Positions 47,659 to 57,452 of a stretch of 64,000 nt of DNA are shown in pieces (within the stretch, counting starts at the first letter, position 1; every line of letters starts with the position of its first letter). Position numbers and translations under genes: made by a program. The stretch is taken from positions 66,426-130,425 of the forward strand of contig JBNGDL010000003.1 in assembly GCA_049975205.1 (NCBI GenBank), in the 5' to 3' direction. This stretch comes from Anaerolineae bacterium. Lineage in GTDB: Bacteria > Chloroflexota > Anaerolineae > B4-G1 > SLSP01. The notes beneath the pieces were generated by a model. It was not told the DNA's origin, ran no database searches, and saw nothing but the letters and a program-made list of their open reading frames with translations.

Positions 47659-50025
47659 ATGACAAGCGCAGAGAATCGATACGGACACTTCAGCGATGAC
47701 GGGACCGAATACATCATCACCCGACCGGATACGCCGAGGCCCTGGATCAACGTGCTCTCCAACGGCGACTACGGCTTGACCATCTCTCAGGCCGGTGGCG
47801 GGTACAGCTGGCGAACGCATGCCAGCTTGAACCGCATCACGCGTTGGAGCCAGGACCTTATCCGCGATCCATGGGGTAAGTTTCTGTATATCCGGGATCG
47901 CGACAGTGGCGAATACTGGTCACCGACGCCACAGCCCGCGGGCGGGACTCTACAAGATTACCAGGTCCGTCACGGACAGGGTTACAGTGTCTTCACCGGC
48001 CGGAGCAATGACATCGTCAGCCGGTTAACGATCTTCGTGCCCTTCGAAGATCCGGTCGAGGTCTGGCTCCTGCATCTCCAGAACCGGGGCGATGGCAATC
48101 GTCATCTTCAGATCTACTCCTACCTTGAGTGGCTCCTGGGTGCCGCGCCTGACTGGCACCGTGAGTTTCACCGCACGTTCATTGAAACCGGCTATGATAA
48201 GCCAACGGGCACACTCTTGGCAACCAAAGTCCTTTGGGAGCTGCCCGGCGAAAGCGGTCCACATTGGAATCGACCGTGGCCCTACGTGGCTTTCCACGGT
48301 GTGTCGCATCGGGTATCGGGTTTCGAGACGGATAAGGAGACCTTTGTCGGGCGAAATGGTTGTTTTAGCGCGCCACGAAGCGTGCGGATGGGCAAACTCG
48401 AAGGTCATCAAGGCCGTTGGGGAGACCCGATCGGTAGCTTGCTCGTCGCCATCGATTTGACCGCCGATGAGGAGATAACCCTGGTCTACACGCTGGGAGC
48501 AGCCGACGATGAGGATCAGGCGCTCGCCTTGGCGGAGCGCTATAGGAGCCTCACGACCGCGACGGAGGCGCTGGCGGAGGTCAAGCGCTTTTGGCGCGGT
48601 GTTCGTGAGGACCTGGAGATCGAGACGCCTGATGAAGGCCTGAACCGTATGGCCCAGTGGCTGCCCTATCAGACTATCTCTGGAAGGCTGTGGGGGCGTT
48701 CAGCCTACTATCAGGCCGGGGGTGCCTATGGCTTTCGAGATCAGCTTCAGGACAGCCTCGTGTGGCTCTTGCTTGGCCGACCTGACGAGACACTGGCGCA
48801 GATCCTTACACACGCCGCGCACCAGTTCGAGGAGGGCATTGTTCTGCACTGGTGGCATCCTCTAGACGAGACTGGTTTGCGCTCCAACTACAGTGATGAT
48901 CTCCTGTGGCTGCCCTATGTGATGCTTGCCTACTTGGCTGAGACAGCGAACTGGGATGCGCTTGACGAGATGGTCCCCTTCTATGACCACGGTGAAGCCA
49001 GTCTGATGCAGCACTGCGAGCGCGCTATTGATACGGCCCTGGAGCGGCGTAGCGAGCGGGGACTCCCACTGATCTTGGAGGGCGACTGGAACGATGGAAT
49101 GAATGCCGTCGGCGGCAAGCGCCGTGGCGAGAGCGTCTTTGTGGCGCATTTCCTCTACGATATTCTAAGGCGCTGGATCGATCTACCGACCGTTGATGAG
49201 GAAACTCGGATCCGCTATGTCCAGGAGGCTGAGGCGCTGCGTCAGGCGGTCAATGCACACGCCTGGGATGGCGAATGGTATTGGCGGGCCACGACCGATG
49301 AGGGTCGCCTCCTTGGGTCTAGAGTAAGCGCAGAGGGTCGCATCTTCTTGAATGCTCAAGCCTGGGCTGTGTTGAGTGGTATGGCTTCGCGGGAGCGGGG
49401 TGAAATGGCGCTGGAGTCAGCCAGGAGGCTGCTCTACAAGCCCTATGGCCCACTCCTCTTCACGCCTGCCTTCACCACGCCCGACTCCGAGATTGGCTAC
49501 GTTACCCGCTACGCCCCGGGCGTCCGCGAAAATGGCGGCGTCTACGTCCACGCCGCCTGCTGGGCCGTCCTGGCCGAACGCCGTCTGCACGGGGCTGACG
49601 CCGCCTATCAGCTCTGGCGAGGTTTCTGTCCGGCACACCGCGGACAGGAGCCAGATCTCTATGCTGGAGAGCCCTATGTCATGCCTGGAAATGTGCACGG
49701 CCCCGAATCGCCGCATTCTGGACGGGGCGCGTGGACCTGGTACACCGGTTCTGCTCAGTGGTACTTGAGGGCTTTAGTCGAAGGTGTGTTGGGGTTGAAC
49801 CCTACATCGGACGGCCTCGGGGTGGATGCTGCCTTGCCTGAGGCGTGGGATGCGTTCTCGATTCGGCGGCGTTTCCGTGGCGCCACATACGATATCTGGG
49901 TTCGACGTGCCGGCAGGGAGGAGGAACCTGGGATCAAGGTTGATGGGGAGAGCTATCATGGTGCCATTCTTCCCCTATCAGAAGATCCCCACGAGTACCG
50001 GGTGGAGATCGTCGTGAAACCTTGA
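47659..50025 (+). CDS. Glycoside hydrolase family 94 phosphorylase (cellobiose/cellodextrin phosphorylase-like)
   Basis: N-terminus NRYGHFSDDGTEYIITRPDTPRPWINVLSNGDYGLTISQAGGGYSW matches the GH94 N-terminal domain. Length is about 790 aa. The start is ambiguous among 47602, 47641 and 47659. Confidence 0.75.
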   Translation: MTSAENRYGHFSDDGTEYIITRPDTPRPWINVLSNGDYGLTISQAGGGYSWRTHASLNRITRWSQDLIRDPWGKFLYIRDRDSGEYWSPTPQPAGGTLQDYQVRHGQGYSVFTGRSNDIVSRLTIFVPFEDPVEVWLLHLQNRGDGNRHLQIYSYLEWLLGAAPDWHREFHRTFIETGYDKPTGTLLATKVLWELPGESGPHWNRPWPYVAFHGVSHRVSGFETDKETFVGRNGCFSAPRSVRMGKLEGHQGRWGDPIGSLLVAIDLTADEEITLVYTLGAADDEDQALALAERYRSLTTATEALAEVKRFWRGVREDLEIETPDEGLNRMAQWLPYQTISGRLWGRSAYYQAGGAYGFRDQLQDSLVWLLLGRPDETLAQILTHAAHQFEEGIVLHWWHPLDETGLRSNYSDDLLWLPYVMLAYLAETANWDALDEMVPFYDHGEASLMQHCERAIDTALERRSERGLPLILEGDWNDGMNAVGGKRRGESVFVAHFLYDILRRWIDLPTVDEETRIRYVQEAEALRQAVNAHAWDGEWYWRATTDEGRLLGSRVSAEGRIFLNAQAWAVLSGMASRERGEMALESARRLLYKPYGPLLFTPAFTTPDSEIGYVTRYAPGVRENGGVYVHAACWAVLAERRLHGADAAYQLWRGFCPAHRGQEPDLYAGEPYVMPGNVHGPESPHSGRGAWTWYTGSAQWYLRALVEGVLGLNPTSDGLGVDAALPEAWDAFSIRRRFRGATYDIWVRRAGREEEPGIKVDGESYHGAILPLSEDPHEYRVEIVVKP

Positions 50026-50063
50026 CTTCTCTCGCGCGTCTGGTATAGTACGTAGCGTAACGA

Positions 50064-50135
50064 TGCGGGGTAGAGCAGTGGCAGCTCGTCGGGCTCATAA
50101 CCCGGAGGTCGGTGGTTCGAATCCACCCCCCGCTA
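50064..50135 (+). tRNA. tRNA-Met (anticodon CAT) with initiator features
   Basis: Cloverleaf: D-stem GAGC/GCTC, anticodon stem TCGGG/CCCGG around loop CTCATAA, T-arm GGTGG-TTCGAAT-CCACC. Initiator hallmarks are three consecutive G:C pairs at 29-31:39-41, A11:U24, and an unpaired 1:72 (U·U). CCA is not encoded. Confidence 0.8.
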
Positions 50136-50140
50136 CTCAA

Positions 50141-50172
50141 GAGGCCGCAGGGATTCCCTGCGGCCTCTTTTC
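50141..50172 (+). terminator. Rho-independent terminator after the tRNA
   Basis: A 12-bp GC-rich stem (GAGGCCGCAGGG / CCCTGCGGCCTC) with a 3-nt loop, followed by TTTT. Confidence 0.7.
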
Positions 50173-50173
50173 A

Positions 50174-50653
50174 TTACAGCGACCAGCCAAATAGCACGGC
50201 GAACGACTCGCCGACGGCATCGGGTAAGCCATCGGCGATCCCAGATGCGAGGAGGCTGCCGGTTCGCTCGTAGATAAGGCCGAAGAAGAGCCCGGCGAAG
50301 AAGGTCCACAGTCCCCACCACCAAGACAGCTCGTAGCGGCCCGTAAGGGGATTGAAGGTGTTGAGGACGTGTGAGAGGCTGAAGATCAGGGCGGCGACGA
50401 AGAGGCCGGGGCCAAAACGGGCGCCGAGCACCTCATAGGGGCTTCCGTACTCCTGGTTGACGCGGGACTGGATGTAGCCGCGATAGAGCATCTCCTCACC
50501 GAAGCCTGAGAAGAGGAACTGCCATACGACTGTCGATACAACCTCTATAGTCAGGCATCGGAGCAGGAGGCCAACGACAACCGGCAGTAGTAGCAAGCTG
50601 ATGAGGATCGAGAGGTTGGGTTGCGCCGAGGGCTCTCTCCTTTCAGCCCTCAT
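50174..50653 (-). CDS. CPBP-family intramembrane glutamic endopeptidase (CAAX protease/Abi-like)
   Basis: EEMLYRGY motif, FSLSHVLN motif, and multiple TM helices. Confidence 0.7.
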   Translation of the reverse strand: MRAERREPSAQPNLSILISLLLLPVVVGLLLRCLTIEVVSTVVWQFLFSGFGEEMLYRGYIQSRVNQEYGSPYEVLGARFGPGLFVAALIFSLSHVLNTFNPLTGRYELSWWWGLWTFFAGLFFGLIYERTGSLLASGIADGLPDAVGESFAVLFGWSL

Positions 50654-50677
50654 CCTTCCAAAAGCTACTGCTGCACT

Positions 50678-51631
50678 CTATGCTACCACTTGGTTGGTGA
50701 TTTCGGACTCAGCGTCCACTTCCGCCCCCCGCAAGAGCACGGCATCGTGGACAGATACGCCGTCGCCGATGCGACACGCCTGCTCGATGTAGACGTTAGG
50801 GCCTATGACGCAGTTGCTGCCGATGATGGTCCCCTCTTCGATATGCAAGGGCGTGATAAGGCGGGTGCCTGGCCCGACGGTCAGCGGGGCTAACTGGGGA
50901 CGGTCCCCGCCGTGCATCAGATACTCTCGGTTGAGAGCCAAGAGATCCGCTGCATTGGTCAGGGTGAGGCGCCGGTCGATGATCACGCCCCCGACCCGGC
51001 CTTGTCGATTGATCAGCATCTGGATTGCATCCTGAAGCTCGTACTCTCCGCGTGGAGAAAGCGGGACCTCGGGCAGGTAATCGAGGATGCGGCGAGAGAA
51101 GGCATAGAGGGGAAGGCTCGAGATGTCCGAAGGTGCTTCCTCGGGCCCGGGCTTTTCGACAATGCGGGTCACCCACGGCCCATCCATCTCGACAATGCCC
51201 ACGCTCCCCAGTCTCTCCGGCTCGACGGGAAGCAGGGTGAGGGCGCCGTTCGGACGAAGGTCGCTCTCCATGAAGGCGATCAGCCGTCCGACGTCGGATT
51301 CGGACACAAGGTTATCACAGGCTGAGAGCACGAAATCCTCTGTAATCAGTGGCGCTGCGCAGCTCAGTGCGTTAGCCATCCCCTTACGCTCTGGCTGGTA
51401 GACAAAGCGGATATCCGCCTCAAGCCTGGACTCCCTGCGGAAGTAGCGAGTGATGTCGCGGTCATCAGGACTCACGACCAGGATGAAATCATCGATCCCA
51501 TTGGCCAGTAATAGCTCCATGACGCGCTCGACGATGGGCTTGCCCAAGACGGGGAGCATCGCCTTCGATCGCTCGAGCGTGATAGGGTGTAGGCGGGAGC
51601 CTCGGCCCGCAGCCAGGATGACGCCTTGCAT
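50678..51631 (-). CDS. Sugar-1-phosphate nucleotidyltransferase with C-terminal left-handed beta-helix (hexapeptide) domain
   Basis: MQGVILAAGRGSRLHPIT...KAMLPV is the NTP-transferase G-rich loop. C-terminal hexapeptide repeats. Start 51631 is preferred, because ORF-track 51796 would overlap treS. Confidence 0.7.
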   Translation of the reverse strand: MQGVILAAGRGSRLHPITLERSKAMLPVLGKPIVERVMELLLANGIDDFILVVSPDDRDITRYFRRESRLEADIRFVYQPERKGMANALSCAAPLITEDFVLSACDNLVSESDVGRLIAFMESDLRPNGALTLLPVEPERLGSVGIVEMDGPWVTRIVEKPGPEEAPSDISSLPLYAFSRRILDYLPEVPLSPRGEYELQDAIQMLINRQGRVGGVIIDRRLTLTNAADLLALNREYLMHGGDRPQLAPLTVGPGTRLITPLHIEEGTIIGSNCVIGPNVYIEQACRIGDGVSVHDAVLLRGAEVDAESEITNQVVA

Positions 51632-51744
51632 AGGTGATGTGCCTCCGGTAGTGTGGTGGGGACCTCGTTGACTGGTGTTCAGGCCTTGACCCGATGAATG
51701 TAGATGATTCATCCTCTCGCGAGGAGGCGTGGCTTCATTCCGTC

Positions 51745-53382
51745 TCACGCGAGCTTCAGCCAGCGGTAGCCATAGCGGGAGAGCGACAGGCTGCACGACG
51801 CAGATGCCCGCGTCTCCAGTCTCTCTCCAGTGAAGAGATCTTCCAGCTCCCGACCTTCATAGTCGCCCAGGTCCAGGGTTACCTCCTGAGGCTCCGATGA
51901 TAGGTTGTTGATCACGAGCAAAGCCTCATCCTCGTGGGTCCGAAGATAAGCTAAGACAGCGAGGTTCTCCGGACTCAGCAGGGTCAACGCGCCTGAGCCG
52001 AAGACCGGATGCTGCTTTCTCACGCCGAGCGCTCGTCGGGTCCAGTTGAGCATAGAATCCGGGTCTGCATCCTGCGCCATCACGTTGACGTTCTCATACC
52101 CGTATGTCTCATCGTCAATCACAGGCTCGTACAGACGGTCTGCCGGTACGTCCTCCGCCGTGAAGCCAGCGTTGGGCTGGTCATTCCATTGCATTGGCGT
52201 CCGTACCCCGTTCCGGTCCTCGAGCCAGATGTTGTCCCCCATACCGATCTCGTCACCGTAGTAGAGGAAGGGGGATCCCACAAAGGTCAACAGGATCGAG
52301 TTGGCGCACTGAATGCGCGCCATGTCGTTCTGAAGCAGCGGGGCAAGCCGACGGCGGATGCCTAAGTTCAGTCGCATGCGGGGCTCCGGGGCATAGAAAT
52401 CCCACATGAACTTTCGCTCCTCGGGTGTCACCATCTCAAGCGTCAGCTCATCATGGCAGCGCAGGAAGGTACCCCATTGACAGATCTCCGGCAGCGGCGG
52501 GGTGCGCTCCATGACCCACTCGATGGGCGAGCGGTCCGCTTTGGCCAACGCCATGAAGATCCGTGGCATCAGCGGGAAATGGAAGTTCATGTGCATCTCA
52601 TCACCGTCGCCAAAGTAATCTCGGACCTCCTCTGGCCACTGGTTGGCCTCCGAGAGTAGCATAGTTCCCGAAGCGTAGGCATCGACCAGCGCGCGCAACC
52701 GCTTAAGGTATGCGTGAGTCTCTGGAAGGTTCTCGCAGTTCGTCCCCTCGCGCTCGTAGAGATAGGGTGGCGCGTCAATCCTGAGCGCGTCTGCGCCGGC
52801 ATCAATCCAGAACTGCACGATGCGCATGATCTCACGCTGGACCTCGGGGTTGTCGTAGTTTAGGTCCGGCTGGTGGTGGAAGAAGCGGTGCCAGTAATAC
52901 TGCCCCCGCAGCTCGTCGTAGCTCCAATTAGAGGCTTCATAGTCAATGAAGATGATGCGCGCGTCCTGGTACTTTTCATCGGTGTCGCTCCAGACATACC
53001 AGTCCGCGTATGTCTCATGTTCTGGATGCTCTGGGTCTCGCGAGGCCTGGAACCAAGCGCATTGATCCGAGGTGTGGTTCGGCACGAGTTCCACCACAAT
53101 CCTAAGACCGCGCTCGTGCGCTTCTTGGACCAGTCGATGGAAGTCCTCCATCGTCCCATAGTCTGGGTGAATCGCACGGTAGTCGGAGACGTCATAGCCG
53201 TCGTCTCTTAGCGGTGAGGGGAAGATGGGCAGCATCCAGATGGCGTCAATACCCAGTGCTTGCAGATAGTCGAGCTTCGAGGTCAGGCCGGCAAGATCCC
53301 CAATGCCATCCTCATTACTATCGGCAAACGCCCGGACAGAGACTTCGTAGAAGACCGCGTGCTTGTACCAGTCATAGGCCAT
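51745..53382 (-). CDS. treS: Trehalose synthase / maltose alpha-D-glucosyltransferase (GH13_16)
   Basis: MAYDWYKHAVFYEV..GIGDL...DGYDVSDYRAIHPDYGT...ELVPNHTSDQ...EREGTNCENLPETHA...HFPLMPRIFMA...YYGDEIGMGD is near-colinear with actinobacterial TreS, from memory. No maltokinase fusion. Confidence 0.8.
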   Translation of the reverse strand: MAYDWYKHAVFYEVSVRAFADSNEDGIGDLAGLTSKLDYLQALGIDAIWMLPIFPSPLRDDGYDVSDYRAIHPDYGTMEDFHRLVQEAHERGLRIVVELVPNHTSDQCAWFQASRDPEHPEHETYADWYVWSDTDEKYQDARIIFIDYEASNWSYDELRGQYYWHRFFHHQPDLNYDNPEVQREIMRIVQFWIDAGADALRIDAPPYLYEREGTNCENLPETHAYLKRLRALVDAYASGTMLLSEANQWPEEVRDYFGDGDEMHMNFHFPLMPRIFMALAKADRSPIEWVMERTPPLPEICQWGTFLRCHDELTLEMVTPEERKFMWDFYAPEPRMRLNLGIRRRLAPLLQNDMARIQCANSILLTFVGSPFLYYGDEIGMGDNIWLEDRNGVRTPMQWNDQPNAGFTAEDVPADRLYEPVIDDETYGYENVNVMAQDADPDSMLNWTRRALGVRKQHPVFGSGALTLLSPENLAVLAYLRTHEDEALLVINNLSSEPQEVTLDLGDYEGRELEDLFTGERLETRASASCSLSLSRYGYRWLKLA

Positions 53383-53529
53383 GGAAGACTCCTTTCGCGG
53401 TGGAGATCGGCTCGATCCTGGCGTACGCGACAAATCGTTGTTCTGAGTTTCAGGGTTCCGAACAGTAGTGTCATCTTAGCATTGATGGAGGGTTTTGGAA
53501 AATGCTTGCGCCTGTAATACAATGACGAT

Positions 53530-54246
53530 ATGGGCACGCTCGATCGTCTTGAGCATTTTCGACGTCGTTACGCCGCGCTCACGTTGGGATGGGTGCCCGC
53601 GACGGCCCACTATCAGCAGCGGGTGGCTGAGCTGTTGGCACCAGGGCGGAGAGTTTTGGACCTGGGGTGTGGTCGGGGCGGGATTGTGGAGAGGTTGGGA
53701 GACACTGGGATGTGGCTAGCCATAGATCCTGACTGGCATTCGCTCATTGCTCATCGACGTCCCGCGCTGCCGCGTAGCTGTGCTGTCTCCGCGCGCCTGC
53801 CATTTCCGACCGCCAGCTTCGACATCGTCGTGGCCTCATGGGTCCTAGAGCACCTGGACCGCCCGGAGCGGACGTTTCACGAGATTGCACGGGTATTACG
53901 TCCTGGTGGCACTTTCCTGTTTCTGACCCCCAACGCTGCTCATCCGATCCCGCGCTTGACGATGGCGCTGGTGTGGATGCAGCGTTGGTTACAGGAGCGT
54001 GCCGTACCTCGTGTCTACGGTCGTTCGGCGCTGGACGCATTTCCCGTTGCCTATCGCGCCAATACGATCGAGGAGATCGAGCGGCTGGCGGCGTGCTCTG
54101 GACTGCGGCTTGTGGAGATTGCACTGGTCGGCGACCCGGCGTACTTCGCATGGGACGACCTAACGTTTTGTGTCGCGGTCGTCCTAGAGTTGCTGTTGCC
54201 GGGACTCCGGAAGGTGCACCTCGTTGGGGCGTACCGACGTTCTTGA
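53530..54246 (+). CDS. Class I SAM-dependent methyltransferase
   Basis: SAM motif I VLDLGCGRGG, and post-I/II motifs (FDIVVASWVLEHL, RPGGTFLFLTP). Confidence 0.75.
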   Translation: MGTLDRLEHFRRRYAALTLGWVPATAHYQQRVAELLAPGRRVLDLGCGRGGIVERLGDTGMWLAIDPDWHSLIAHRRPALPRSCAVSARLPFPTASFDIVVASWVLEHLDRPERTFHEIARVLRPGGTFLFLTPNAAHPIPRLTMALVWMQRWLQERAVPRVYGRSALDAFPVAYRANTIEEIERLAACSGLRLVEIALVGDPAYFAWDDLTFCVAVVLELLLPGLRKVHLVGAYRRS

Positions 54247-54274
54247 TCTGGGGATTTCTAGTTAGGAGGCTGCT

Positions 54275-55060
54275 ATGTTTCCACAGAACACGGATCTGCT
54301 GTTATTCGTTCTAATCATTCTCGGTATCGGTATTGTGGTCATCGTTGGGTTGCTGATTTGGATCTTCACCCGCCCAAAGAAAAAAGAGCCCGTTGAGACA
54401 GCAGCTGCTGTCGGGGCGCGGGCCCCCCTTTCAGTTTCCCCCCAGCGGGGGGAAAAGCCGGAGGTAGATGCCCCTGCTTCAGATCTCGGTCGCGAGGGGG
54501 AAAGGCCGGAGGGGGAGGGCGTTGCGGCACCCAGCGGCCTGCGGCCCGTCACGTCACCCGAGGCTGGCCCCCACGGCTTCCTGACGGTCAGGCGAGGTGA
54601 GGTCGGGTGGGACATCTACGTGGAAGGTAGGCGCTATCCGTCGCTGGCTGACGTGCCGGATCCCAGCGTTCGGGAAGACGTGGTGACCGCCCTCCGGGCG
54701 TTGGCGGGGTTTTCGCGCGACTACGTGAAGACGCGTCACGAGGGTACGGCAGCCGCGCCCAGTTCGCCTGCTACACCGGCGCGGGACGTACAACCAGCGT
54801 CCCCGCTCACGCGTCCCGTGTCGTCCCCGGATGCCATGCTTCCTACCATCGACCTGGCGCAGGAGATCGGAGAAATCGTGGATGAGATGCTGGCGCGTGA
54901 TCCTTCGCTGCAAGGCCACAGCGTCCGTCTGACGAACTTGCCTGGCAAGGGCATTGCCTTCGCCGTGGACGGGAAGCTCTATGACGATATCGATGAGATA
55001 CCCAGCATCGAGATTCGCGAGCTAATCCGCAACGCGACAAGGGAGTGGGAGCGCCGCTAA
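54275..55060 (+). CDS. Hypothetical membrane-anchored Pro/Ala-rich protein
   Basis: N-terminal TM helix (LLLFVLIILGIGIVVIVGLLIWIF), then a low-complexity region and a C-terminal globular part. Confidence 0.4.
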   Translation: MFPQNTDLLLFVLIILGIGIVVIVGLLIWIFTRPKKKEPVETAAAVGARAPLSVSPQRGEKPEVDAPASDLGREGERPEGEGVAAPSGLRPVTSPEAGPHGFLTVRRGEVGWDIYVEGRRYPSLADVPDPSVREDVVTALRALAGFSRDYVKTRHEGTAAAPSSPATPARDVQPASPLTRPVSSPDAMLPTIDLAQEIGEIVDEMLARDPSLQGHSVRLTNLPGKGIAFAVDGKLYDDIDEIPSIEIRELIRNATREWERR

Positions 55061-55138
55061 AATTTCGATTGACAAAGGCGTTAGCCGCCAGGGGCTCTCC
55101 AAGAGGGGGGCGCCTCTTCACAATGCGATTCGTGAGGC

Positions 55139-57442
55139 TTATTCTTCGTCGTCGCCGAGGATGACCCGGCGTTTTCGCCCTGCACTTACTTGCGGACCGA
55201 CGAGGCCCATCTTCTCCATTTGTTCCATCAGGCGTGCCGCCCGGGGATAGCTGATGTGAAGGCGGCGCTGAATGCCCGAGGTTGACACTTTCTCGCGGCT
55301 TGTGGCGTAGGCAATGGCTTGCTCTAAGAGATCGGCGTCCTCCTCCAACCCTTCGATACGCCAATGCTCTGGGCCCTTTCTCTCGGAGATGACCTCCCAA
55401 GGGGCCTTCGCCTGTGTCGCACCGGCCTCCTTCTGCCAGAATCGGATAATGGCCTCCAGCTCCTCATCGGAGATGTAGCAGCCCTGGATGCGCGTGGGTG
55501 CCGATGCGTCGGGCGCCATAAAGAGCATGTCGCCTCGTCCTAAGAGGGTCTCTGCTCCAGGCCCGTCAATGATCACGCGAGAGTCGACCCCGCTCGCCGT
55601 TGCGAAGCTCACCCGCGCCGGGAAGTTGGCCTTGATGAGGCCTGTGACGACGTCCGTACTCGGACGTTGCGTGGCGACGACCAGGTGAATGCCGGTCGCG
55701 CGAGCCATCTGGGCGATGCGGGTCAGCGTGCGTTCGGTCTCCTCTGCCTCGGACATCATCAAGTCCGCCAGCTCGTCAATCAGAACGACAATCCGCGGCA
55801 GGGGCTCTTCCTCTTCATCCTCGTCTTGAGACGTGGTGCGCCGGCGCGCCAATCTGGCATTGTAATCGTCCAGGTTGCGCGCCACGGCTCTGGCAAAGAG
55901 CTTGTAGCGCTCGTCCATCTCGTGCGCCACCCAGCGCAGCACCCGAAGCCCGCTTTCCACCTCGGTCTCGGCGCTTCCCAGCAGGTGTGGAAGACCATTG
56001 AGGTGGCTCAGCTCTACCATCTTGGGGTCGATGGCGATAAGCCGCAGTTCTTCTGGGGAGTTGTGCATGACCAAGCTGGCCGCCAGGGCTTTCACAAAGA
56101 CCGACTTACCGCTGCCGGTAGTTCCGGCAACCAGAAGGTGGGGCATCCGCGACAGATCGGCCACATGCGGTTCGCCAGCTACATCGAGGCCTAGTGCGAA
56201 GCAAAGAGGGCGTCCACACTTGCGAAATGCGTCGCTCTCCAGCACGGGGCGCAGCCGCACGAGGCTGATGTCGGCATTTGGTACCTCAATGCCAACGACG
56301 GCGCGACCCGGGACGGGTGCCTGCACCCGTAAGGACCTGGCTGCCAGCGCCAGAGCCAAGTCGTCGGACAACGCCGCGATCTGGCTGACGCGCACCCGGC
56401 GCTGTTCGAGGCCGTGGCCCTCAGGTGAGACGCCGAATTGCGTCACGGTAGGCCCTGGCCTCACCTCGGTCACCTGGACGTCGACGCCGAGGAATTCCTT
56501 CAGCGTTCTCTCGATGATGCGCTTCTTCTGGTTGATCTCCTCGGGGTTCATCCCGACCGTTGTAGATCCCTCCAGAAGGCTCAGAGGCACCCTCGCGTCG
56601 GTCGTCTTTCCACGGCGGGACCTCGAGAGGGAGGGCGGAGTACGAACCTTCTTCTTCGAACTTCTGATGCTGGGCGCGGATGCTGTTTCTTCATCGGCCT
56701 GCTGCCGCGCGATGGGCGAGACTGCGACACCCGTCGCCGGGCTGTAGGTCTCCTCAAAGGCCTTGGCGCGGCGTGCGGCCTCCCTGGCTGCAGCCCGCTC
56801 GGCTGCGCGGGCCGTTCTGTCCGCTTGCCACGCTGCCCAGACCTCTGAGAGGCGATGTCCAAGCACCTGTAAGTCCTTGCGGGTCAGATCGAAGGCCAGG
56901 GCGATCCCAACGATTACGACGAGGCCCATAAGGATCTTCGTGATCAGCGAACCAAAGTAGTCGGTGAAAAGAAGATAAAGGGCCCAACCGACAACCCCAC
57001 CTCCCTTGCCAGACTCAACCATCTGCCAGCTCTGACGATTGATCAACGCATAGGTCAGGGTCTGCAGGCCCAGCAAGGCTAACTCAAAGCCGAGAAAGGG
57101 CCGCCATCGCCAAGCTGTGGCCTGATGGACGAGGTGGCGAAGCCATAGAAGCCCGAGGCCTGTGATCATGCCGGCAACGGGATACGCGGCCCAACCGAAT
57201 GCGAAGACGAGGAAACGGGCCCAGGCGCCGATGAGCGCGCCGGAGTTGATGCCGGGAATCAGGGTAATAAAGGTGACGATGCCAAAGGCAATGAGGGTGA
57301 GCGATACAATCTGCTGACCGGCAGGACCCTTGAACCAGCCAAGGGCTGCTAAGCCCAGCCGCTGGATCGGCGAGTCGGCATTCTGAGATTTCGACCCCGT
57401 CGATCGACTGCGTTTGGAGGACCCGCTTCGAGGGCGGGCCAT
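55139..57442 (-). CDS. ftsK: DNA translocase FtsK/SpoIIIE
   Basis: N-terminal TM helices, a Pro/Ala-rich linker, the motor domain with Walker A VAGTTGSGKS, and a C-terminal gamma winged helix. Start 57442 (MARPRS) is preferred over ORF-track 57499. Confidence 0.85.
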   Translation of the reverse strand: MARPRSGSSKRSRSTGSKSQNADSPIQRLGLAALGWFKGPAGQQIVSLTLIAFGIVTFITLIPGINSGALIGAWARFLVFAFGWAAYPVAGMITGLGLLWLRHLVHQATAWRWRPFLGFELALLGLQTLTYALINRQSWQMVESGKGGGVVGWALYLLFTDYFGSLITKILMGLVVIVGIALAFDLTRKDLQVLGHRLSEVWAAWQADRTARAAERAAAREAARRAKAFEETYSPATGVAVSPIARQQADEETASAPSIRSSKKKVRTPPSLSRSRRGKTTDARVPLSLLEGSTTVGMNPEEINQKKRIIERTLKEFLGVDVQVTEVRPGPTVTQFGVSPEGHGLEQRRVRVSQIAALSDDLALALAARSLRVQAPVPGRAVVGIEVPNADISLVRLRPVLESDAFRKCGRPLCFALGLDVAGEPHVADLSRMPHLLVAGTTGSGKSVFVKALAASLVMHNSPEELRLIAIDPKMVELSHLNGLPHLLGSAETEVESGLRVLRWVAHEMDERYKLFARAVARNLDDYNARLARRRTTSQDEDEEEEPLPRIVVLIDELADLMMSEAEETERTLTRIAQMARATGIHLVVATQRPSTDVVTGLIKANFPARVSFATASGVDSRVIIDGPGAETLLGRGDMLFMAPDASAPTRIQGCYISDEELEAIIRFWQKEAGATQAKAPWEVISERKGPEHWRIEGLEEDADLLEQAIAYATSREKVSTSGIQRRLHISYPRAARLMEQMEKMGLVGPQVSAGRKRRVILGDDEE

Positions 57443-57452
57443 CTTCTCATAC

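Noticed and set aside
51632-51796. N-terminal extension of the NTP-transferase ORF overlapping the treS 3' end
   Set aside because: The conserved G-rich NTP-transferase loop starts at the internal Met (MQGVILAAGRG). The extension would overlap the treS coding sequence by about 50 nt.
55667-56747. + strand ORFs of 175 aa and 249 aa inside ftsK
   Set aside because: Antisense to the FtsK motor domain, which has a Walker A motif. No domain features.
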